Virus record (IMG/VR): IMGVR_UViG_3300022752_005671
Location: 32,001 to 96,000 of that record
DNA: 64,000 bases
Direction: 5' to 3' (one strand)
Source: a virus
The notes beneath the pieces were generated by a model that saw only the letters and a program-made list of their open reading frames with translations, ran no database searches and was not told the DNA's origin. Of the stretch, positions 57,816 through 64,000 are shown piece by piece; positions within the stretch are counted from its first letter, which is position 1, and the number at the start of each line of letters is the position of its first letter. Made by a program: the position numbers and the translations under genes.

Positions 57816-58214
57816 ATGACTAAGAAAAAAAGAAAAAGAAAAAGAAAAAGTCATTATCATACAGGGGTTCATATCTCTCCGATTGCTGGTCAATGTAGAT
57901 ACCGTTCAGGTTGGGAACAAAAATACATGCAGCATTTAGATGCGGATCCCGATGTGGCATCGTGGTCATATGAAAAACTTGTTATTGAATATGTCTCAAA
58001 TAAAAAGACAAAGAAAATTAGAAAGTATTATCCAGATTTTCAAGTTGAGTACAAAGACGGAAAAAAGTTTGTCATAGAAGTAAAACCATCTCGTAAGCTG
58101 TTGCAAGATTCAGTTATGAAAAAAGTAAAAGCTGCAAAAGAATGGTGCACGGAACATGATATGACATATAAAATATTGACTGAAATAGAATTAAAAGACA
58201 TTGGTCTAATTTAA
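57816..58214 (+). CDS. T4 gp4-like head-completion / TnsA-N family endonuclease
   Basis: YRSGWE...LDADPDV.SWSYE...Y.PDF...IEVKP motifs. Confidence 0.82.
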   Translation: MTKKKRKRKRKSHYHTGVHISPIAGQCRYRSGWEQKYMQHLDADPDVASWSYEKLVIEYVSNKKTKKIRKYYPDFQVEYKDGKKFVIEVKPSRKLLQDSVMKKVKAAKEWCTEHDMTYKILTEIELKDIGLI

Positions 58215-58258
58215 AATAATTTTACTTCAGGCATCTTAGATTAAGAATTTCATGTTAT

Positions 58259-58891
58259 ATGGCATATCATGGATACATTCCTTTTATCAAACAGCTTTTA
58301 TTAAACATAGAATCCCCAAAGGTTTTAGAAGTTGGAACTGATAAAGGAATGTCGACAATTCCGTTGGTTGTTTTTCTATTGAGATTAAAACAAAACTTTG
58401 AGTTTGTTGGAATCGATGTCTTGGTTCAAGAATCTTTAAAAATAATGTTAAAAAACATTGAAGCGTCTTCAACACAAAAGATCTCTTTGTATCAAGATAG
58501 CAGTTTGAATGTTCTTCCTGCTTTGGCTAATGACTCTAATAAATTTGATGTTATTTTATTAGATGGAGATCACAATTATTATACTGTTTCAAGCGAGCTC
58601 AAACATTTAGATAAATTGCTTTCTGACGATGGAATTGCAATAGTTGATGATTATCATGGTAGATGGGCAGATAAAGATTTATGGTATTCAGAACGTGATG
58701 AATATCAAGATGTTTCAAACGTGACAAAAAAAGTTGAAACAGAAAAGCGCGGAGTGAAGCCAGCAGTTGATGAATTTTTGGAAGAAAATCCTGGTTGGGA
58801 ATCTGGGGTTTTGATGCAAGGTGAACCGATTATCTTAAAACGTAAACGTATTGAAAAATCCATGTTTTCACAGAGTTTATTCGAAAAATGA
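58259..58891 (+). CDS. Class I SAM-dependent methyltransferase (Methyltransf_24-like)
   Basis: LEVGTDKGMST, FDVILLDGDHNY and GIAIVDDY motifs. Confidence 0.8.
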   Translation: MAYHGYIPFIKQLLLNIESPKVLEVGTDKGMSTIPLVVFLLRLKQNFEFVGIDVLVQESLKIMLKNIEASSTQKISLYQDSSLNVLPALANDSNKFDVILLDGDHNYYTVSSELKHLDKLLSDDGIAIVDDYHGRWADKDLWYSERDEYQDVSNVTKKVETEKRGVKPAVDEFLEENPGWESGVLMQGEPIILKRKRIEKSMFSQSLFEK

Positions 58892-59454
58892 AACTAAATC
58901 TAGGGTTAGACGTTTCAACGACAATTACTGGTATATGCATCTTAGATCCTAAGATCATTCCAGATGATAGAGGATCCCACATTTTATATTTAGACAGAGT
59001 CGAATTCAAAAAATGTAAGACCTTGTGGGAAAAAGCAGATCTAATTGCATTCGAAATGCATGAACTATTAAGAAAATTCCCAGGTGAGTATACCGTTGCT
59101 CTTGAAGAGCCGCTGATGGGATTTAGAACAGGAATGTCTTCTGCGGCAACGATTACGACGCTGATGAGATTCAATGGAATCGTTTCATATATTTCGAGAG
59201 AAATATTCAAAGTTGATCCGCAATACATAGCTTCATCATCTGCAAGGAAACTTTGTGGAATTAAGATGCAAAAGACGTCAATCGCTGGGATGAGTGGAAA
59301 AGAGCAAGTCTTCAAGTACATGTCTGAAAATGACTTGAAGCATATAGATTGGCCGAAGAAAAAGAACGGTGAAGCTGTTGACTGGAGTCGAGATGCGACG
59401 GATGCATATGTCATAGCAAGAGCCGCGACTTTGCTTACAGAAAATAAATCTTGA
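58888..59454 (+). CDS. ruvC: RuvC-like Holliday junction resolvase
   Basis: LGLDVSTTITG, VALEE, LMRFNGIV, SARK..G and DATDAYVIA motifs. Confidence 0.8.
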   Translation: MKLNLGLDVSTTITGICILDPKIIPDDRGSHILYLDRVEFKKCKTLWEKADLIAFEMHELLRKFPGEYTVALEEPLMGFRTGMSSAATITTLMRFNGIVSYISREIFKVDPQYIASSSARKLCGIKMQKTSIAGMSGKEQVFKYMSENDLKHIDWPKKKNGEAVDWSRDATDAYVIARAATLLTENKS

Positions 59455-59489
59455 AAAATCTTCCTTAGTTTTATTACTTTTTATTTGTC

Positions 59490-60452
59490 GTGCATTCGCT
59501 TACTGACAAGATAAAGTTTTATGAGTCGATATTTGGTCGTGGAAGAATTTCTGGTAATGGCAAAAATTTTGACGTAAGATGTCCCATTTGCGCTCCATCT
59601 GATCCATCTAAAAAGAAGCTGGCTATCCGGACCGATGATGACGCAAACCATTGTTGGGTTTGCGGATGGAAGGCCAGAAGCCTTGCTCCGCTCTTGAGAA
59701 AATTTGGATCTCAAGAGCATTTAGACGTTTACAAGAAATTGACTGGTGTGACATTAGTCACTGCAGAAGTTCAAAAACAACAGAAAATCGAGCTTCCTAA
59801 AGATTTTCAATTATTAACTCTAGCCAACTATGAAGATCCGGATGTCAAGGCAGCTTGGAGATATGTGTACTCTAGAGGATTGTTAGATCGCGATGCATGG
59901 TACTTTAAGTTTGGAGTATCTGATGAGCCACGTTGGAAAAGACGAGTTATCATGCCATCATTTGATTCTAATGGAGAATTAAATTATTTTGCAGCTCGAG
60001 CCATAGATAAAGACAGAAAGCCAAAATACGATAATCCTGACATCGACAAGAATCCAATAGTTTTTAATGAGATCAATATTGATTGGACTAAGAGATTGAT
60101 CTTATGTGAGGGACCGTTTGATTTGGTGAAATGTCCGGAAAATTCTACTGCATTATTGGGATCAGATTTGGATGAACGCCACGAGATTTTGAATAAGATA
60201 TTGTTGAATAATACTCCAGTTGCTCTTGCACTCGATGGCGACATGTGGAGCAAGAAAACTCCGAAGATAGTCAAGAAGCTTCAGGAATACAATGTTGACG
60301 TTGTTGTCGTCGACGTTAGACCTTGGGGAGATCCTGGAAGCATGTCGAAAGCTGAATTTGAAGAAGCCCTTCAGATTGCGAAACCCTTATACTGGGAAGA
60401 TAGATTTTTAACAAAACTTGATAAGTTTGTATCCTCAAGTTTTAGATTTTAA
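59490..60452 (+). CDS. DNA primase (zinc finger plus TOPRIM)
   Basis: CPIC...HCWVC, RVIMP...G.LNYF.AR, KYDNP, CEGPFD and ALDGD motifs. Confidence 0.85.
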   Translation: MHSLTDKIKFYESIFGRGRISGNGKNFDVRCPICAPSDPSKKKLAIRTDDDANHCWVCGWKARSLAPLLRKFGSQEHLDVYKKLTGVTLVTAEVQKQQKIELPKDFQLLTLANYEDPDVKAAWRYVYSRGLLDRDAWYFKFGVSDEPRWKRRVIMPSFDSNGELNYFAARAIDKDRKPKYDNPDIDKNPIVFNEINIDWTKRLILCEGPFDLVKCPENSTALLGSDLDERHEILNKILLNNTPVALALDGDMWSKKTPKIVKKLQEYNVDVVVVDVRPWGDPGSMSKAEFEEALQIAKPLYWEDRFLTKLDKFVSSSFRF

Positions 60453-60497
60453 ACGCTTATTGAACACTAGTTTCAAGTAGTATACTGTAAATTACTA

Positions 60498-63400
60498 ATG
60501 ACTATCATCGCGCATACAGCAGACATTCATTGGCGAGGATTGAGCCGCCATGATGAATACAGAGAGGTATTTTCTGCTTTCATCAAGGATTGTAAGAAAA
60601 ACAAAGTAGACCACATTTTTGTAGGCGGAGATATCTTTCATACTAAGACTTCAGGAATATCTCCTGAGTACATTGAACAGTTAACTTGGTGGTTAGAAGA
60701 AATGTCTAATGTGGCTACGGTTCATTTGACGTTAGGTAACCATGATGGTAATCTAACTAATCTATCTAGACAAGACGCAGTATCTCCTATAGTTCAAGCT
60801 CTCAATCATCCAAAGATTAAACTCTATAAAAAAAGTGGAGTTTATGAATTTGAATCTGGAATTAATTGGTGTGTATATAGTTTATTTGATGAAGAGGGTT
60901 GGCACACAGTCAAACCAGAACCAGGAAAGATCAACATCGCATGTTATCATGGACCGGTTTTGGGTTGTGTAACTGAATCCGGATGGGAGATTGATGAATC
61001 TCACATCAAAATAGATTTTTTTAAAGATTATGATTTTTCATTTCTTGGTGACATTCACCAAATGCAGTATCTAGGATATAGAGAAGATTCCAACGGCGAA
61101 AAAAAGCCTTGGATAGCATATCCAGGAACTCCTCTACAACAAAATTATGCAGAAGAGTTAAATCATGGATATCTTCTTTGGAAGATCAAATCTTCCGTTG
61201 ACTGGGACGTTACTTTTAAGAAGCTTCCCAACCCAAAGCCGTACGTGACCATTCAATGGAATGGTTCAAAACAAGAGTTTCTTGAAGAAGCTTCCAAGTA
61301 TCCAAAACAAACTAGATTTAGAATTAAATCAGCGTTAGATCTTTCACAAGATGATGTTTCATATTTGAATGAAACTTTAAAATCTGCGTATTCGGCCACA
61401 GAAGTAACCTTTAAATCTGAATATAGAGCAGAAAGTGAAACGATAAAAGCTGGTTCATCTACAATTGCAAAATCTGATCTAACATCATCAGAAGTAATTC
61501 TTGGATTAATTCAAACTTATTGCAAAGAAAATGGAAATACCAACGTTGATTGGGAAGTTATATCTAATCAAATTAAAAAATACATGTCTGCAGTCTCTTC
61601 ATCTGAAGACTACGTTAAAGGATCAAAGTGGTCTCTTAGACATTTGAAATGGGACAACACTTTCGCTTACGGCGAAGACAATGAAATTGATTTCACTAAA
61701 CTGAACGGTATTGTTGGGGTTTTTGGTCCTAATAGAATTGGGAAATCTTCTATTGTCGGTACTTTAATGTATTGTCTTTTTAATACGACTGATAGAGGAT
61801 CGTTAAAAAACCTTCATGTTTGCAACATTAGGAAAAATCATTGTTATGCAAGAGCAATTTTTGATCATAACGGAAAAATTTATATTTCAGAAAGACAGAC
61901 AGCAAAGTCTATCAATAAAAAAGGAATTACTACAGCATCAACATCATTGAATTTTTTTAGAATGAGAGATGATGGTGATGTTGATGATTTGTGTGATGAT
62001 GTTAGAACTGGAACTGAAAAGGTCGTTAGAAATCTTATCGGCACTAGCGAAGATTTTTCTTTAACTTCTTTGTCTGCACAGGGCGACATCAATGCATTCA
62101 TTTATCAAGGATCTACTAGAAGAAGAGCATCAATTTCTAGATTTTTAGGATTAGACATCTTTGATAAGATGTGCGATTTGTCTTCAAAAGATTTAAGTTC
62201 ATATAAATCACAGTTAAAAAACTTTCCAGAAAAAAATTGGGACGAACTGCAACTAGAACATGGATCTAAAATCTTACAATTGTCAGAAAAAATTGATGAG
62301 TTAATATCTTGTATTTCTTCAGCACAAGATCAATGCTCAGAACTTCGTTCTCAATTATCAACCCACCAAGGGCATAAACCAGTAACTCTTCATGATGTTG
62401 AAATTCAAGAAAAAAGAGTTAATTCTTTAAAGGCTTCTTGTAATGAAGCATGTTCAAAGATTGACATTTTAAATGTTGACATTCAATCATTAAAAGAAAA
62501 ACTGAAAGTTGTAGAAGAAGTTGAAGCGTCAGATGATATTGAAGATTTAAAATGTAAATTAAGTAAAATTGATGCTTTAGAAAAGTCGATTTTAGAACTA
62601 CAACATTTGCATGAAAAAGAATCTACGCTGTTAAAAACTCAGCAAAAATCTTTAAAAATTTTAGATGAAGTTCCTTGCGGAGATGAATATCCTACTTGCA
62701 AATTTATTAAGGATGCTCATCAAAACAAAGAAAAGATATCTCATCAAGAAGAAAAGATTCGATCATCATTGAAAAAGTTGAACGAATTAAATGATGCATT
62801 AAAGATTCTAGAAAAAGATTCATTAATTTCAAAGATTAATAAACTTGAAAAAGCTTCAACATTATTGTCCAAGCTTCATCTTGAAATTTCTAGAAAAGAA
62901 ACAGAAGTTGAAAAGATAAGATCTACATGTGACTCTACTAGAGCAGCATTAAATGAAGCAGAACAGCGGTTAGTTGATCTTCAAGAAGCATTAAAAAATG
63001 ATGAAAATTCTGAAGTTGTTTCTTTAAGGTCAAAATTAGAAACATTATCTAGATCAATTAGAGGATGGGATGATGAGAAGTTGACATTGGCAACACAAAA
63101 AGGAAAGCTAATGTCAGAAATTGAAAAACTTGAATCAGAAAAAGAATCAAGAAATTCTCTTTTAAAGACGATGAAGACTTATGAGATAATTTCTGGGGCT
63201 TTTTCTAAAAAAGGTATTCCATTAATCATTACGAGATCGCAGCTACCTGTAATCAATGCAGAAATTTCAAAAATTTTGCACGGGATTGTTGATTTTTCTG
63301 TAGAGCTTGAAAATGATGATGAATCAGACGCTTCTGAAATTTATATCAACTATGGTGATTCAAGAAGAATCATAGAGTTATGCAGTGGAATGGAAAAAAC

Positions 63401-63656
63401 AATAGCATCTATTGCATTGAGGGTTGCTTTAGTTAATATCTCTTCGATGTCAAAATCTGACATGCTTGTTATTGATGAAGGATTTGGAACTCTTGATGAT
63501 GCAGGAGTTGAAGCTTGCAATAGGTTATTAACAAGTTTGAAAAAATATTTTAGACTTATTCTAGTAATTACTCATGTAGATGGAATAAAAGACATAGCGG
63601 ATCATGTTCTTGAAATAACGAAGAATGAAAAAGATTCAAAGGTAGTTTTTGTATGA
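60498..63656 (+). CDS. Fused SbcD(Mre11)-SbcC(Rad50) nuclease-ATPase
   Basis: Phosphoesterase motifs ADIH, GGDIFH, LGNHD, YHG and LGDIH; ABC motifs GPNRIGKSS, LSAQG, CSGMEK, VIDEGFGTLD and VITH; coiled coil between them. Confidence 0.92.
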   Translation: MTIIAHTADIHWRGLSRHDEYREVFSAFIKDCKKNKVDHIFVGGDIFHTKTSGISPEYIEQLTWWLEEMSNVATVHLTLGNHDGNLTNLSRQDAVSPIVQALNHPKIKLYKKSGVYEFESGINWCVYSLFDEEGWHTVKPEPGKINIACYHGPVLGCVTESGWEIDESHIKIDFFKDYDFSFLGDIHQMQYLGYREDSNGEKKPWIAYPGTPLQQNYAEELNHGYLLWKIKSSVDWDVTFKKLPNPKPYVTIQWNGSKQEFLEEASKYPKQTRFRIKSALDLSQDDVSYLNETLKSAYSATEVTFKSEYRAESETIKAGSSTIAKSDLTSSEVILGLIQTYCKENGNTNVDWEVISNQIKKYMSAVSSSEDYVKGSKWSLRHLKWDNTFAYGEDNEIDFTKLNGIVGVFGPNRIGKSSIVGTLMYCLFNTTDRGSLKNLHVCNIRKNHCYARAIFDHNGKIYISERQTAKSINKKGITTASTSLNFFRMRDDGDVDDLCDDVRTGTEKVVRNLIGTSEDFSLTSLSAQGDINAFIYQGSTRRRASISRFLGLDIFDKMCDLSSKDLSSYKSQLKNFPEKNWDELQLEHGSKILQLSEKIDELISCISSAQDQCSELRSQLSTHQGHKPVTLHDVEIQEKRVNSLKASCNEACSKIDILNVDIQSLKEKLKVVEEVEASDDIEDLKCKLSKIDALEKSILELQHLHEKESTLLKTQQKSLKILDEVPCGDEYPTCKFIKDAHQNKEKISHQEEKIRSSLKKLNELNDALKILEKDSLISKINKLEKASTLLSKLHLEISRKETEVEKIRSTCDSTRAALNEAEQRLVDLQEALKNDENSEVVSLRSKLETLSRSIRGWDDEKLTLATQKGKLMSEIEKLESEKESRNSLLKTMKTYEIISGAFSKKGIPLIITRSQLPVINAEISKILHGIVDFSVELENDDESDASEIYINYGDSRRIIELCSGMEKTIASIALRVALVNISSMSKSDMLVIDEGFGTLDDAGVEACNRLLTSLKKYFRLILVITHVDGIKDIADHVLEITKNEKDSKVVFV

Positions 63657-63952
63657 AAGATTGGAAACCTTATCTAAATGATAGATTAATCAAAGAGCAT
63701 GAAGGATTTTATGTTATTAAGCCTTCAGAAGAAAGAAATTTTGTGCCGATAGTGTGTCCAGTTTGCAATTATTTAATGAGAACTTTGGACGATGAAAAGT
63801 CATATAGACAATTTGAATGTTGCGAAAGTTGTGAGACTTATTGGGCACGTCCTAATTTAACTGCGTGGAGAAATGGGTGGAGACCTGATAAAAAAGATAT
63901 ATTGAAAAAGTTTTCTGATGGAAAAAAGATATTATCAAACGTGCACATTTGA
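63653..63952 (+). CDS. Hypothetical zinc-finger protein
   Basis: CPVC...CCESC; 4-bp overlap with the upstream gene. Confidence 0.7.
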   Translation: MKDWKPYLNDRLIKEHEGFYVIKPSEERNFVPIVCPVCNYLMRTLDDEKSYRQFECCESCETYWARPNLTAWRNGWRPDKKDILKKFSDGKKILSNVHI

Positions 63953-63985
63953 ATTATCTCAATATTTAATTGGTAGAGATATAAT

Positions 63986-64000
63986 ATGTCAGATTTAGAT
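63986..64000 (+). CDS. Possible CDS start truncated by the right window edge (MSDLD...)
   Basis: ATG at 63986, 17 nt after an ATATTTA motif; only five codons visible. Confidence 0.35.

Noticed and set aside
57816-58214. Tn7-like transposon (TnsA)
   Set aside because: No TnsB/C/D or terminal repeats; size and context fit the T4 gp4-like head-completion nuclease.
60460-60486. Sigma-70 promoter TTGAAC...TATACT upstream of the SbcD-SbcC gene
   Set aside because: The spacer is 15 nt rather than 16-18; plausible but not supportable from one instance.
1158-62101. About 35 short ORFs in the track that overlap longer genes (e.g. 4059-4292, 6024-6350, 37366-37677, 58830-59414, 59984-60274)
   Set aside because: They are antisense or alternate-frame shadows of well-supported genes, with no motifs or Shine-Dalgarno support.
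1-64000. Bacterial chromosome O-antigen/capsule locus interpretation
   Set aside because: Baseplate, gp55-like sigma, gp4-like nuclease and phage-type primase genes flank the cluster, and no housekeeping or polysaccharide export genes are present.
1-64000. Giant eukaryotic virus (NCLDV) origin suggested by the sugar pathways and the Mre11-Rad50 fusion
   Set aside because: Contractile-tail baseplate genes, a sigma factor, Shine-Dalgarno sites and operonic overlaps indicate a bacteriophage.
1-64000. Stop-codon reassignment as in some huge phages
   Set aside because: Standard-code ORFs are full length and tile the window almost completely, so no recoding is needed.
1-64000. tRNA, rRNA, introns/inteins, integrase or diversity-generating retroelement
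   Set aside because: Intergenic gaps are short and none shows a cloverleaf, and no such protein motifs were recognised; tRNAscan/Infernal were not run.

Overview
This window is a gene-dense, AT-rich (roughly 30% GC by eye) segment of a large tailed-phage (jumbo myovirus-like) genome read with the standard bacterial code. No rRNA, tRNA, CRISPR array or transposase was seen. The left half (1-35883) is on the minus strand: baseplate genes (gp6-like wedge, gp25-like, gp5-like hub, a 999-aa Pro-rich protein with NlpC/P60-like motifs), a T4 gp55-like sigma factor, and a ~26 kb translationally coupled glycan island. The island holds about 12-14 glycosyltransferase-like genes, nucleotide-sugar enzymes, an aminotransferase plus acetyltransferase, a carbamoyltransferase, a 2OG-Fe(II) oxygenase, an SGNH protein and a methyltransferase, but no recognisable membrane export machinery. 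After an AT-rich, palindrome-rich strand switch (35884-36012), the plus strand carries a degenerate GroEL-like protein, ClpP, a DinG helicase, an Hc1-like protein, PIN-PhoH, a 14 kb block of probable virion genes, and a gp4-like nuclease, RuvC, primase and fused SbcD-SbcC. The leading candidate for a new system is a phage-encoded cytoplasmic glycosylation pathway acting on virion proteins or on DNA. All family calls come from motif recognition by eye; no database searches were run.
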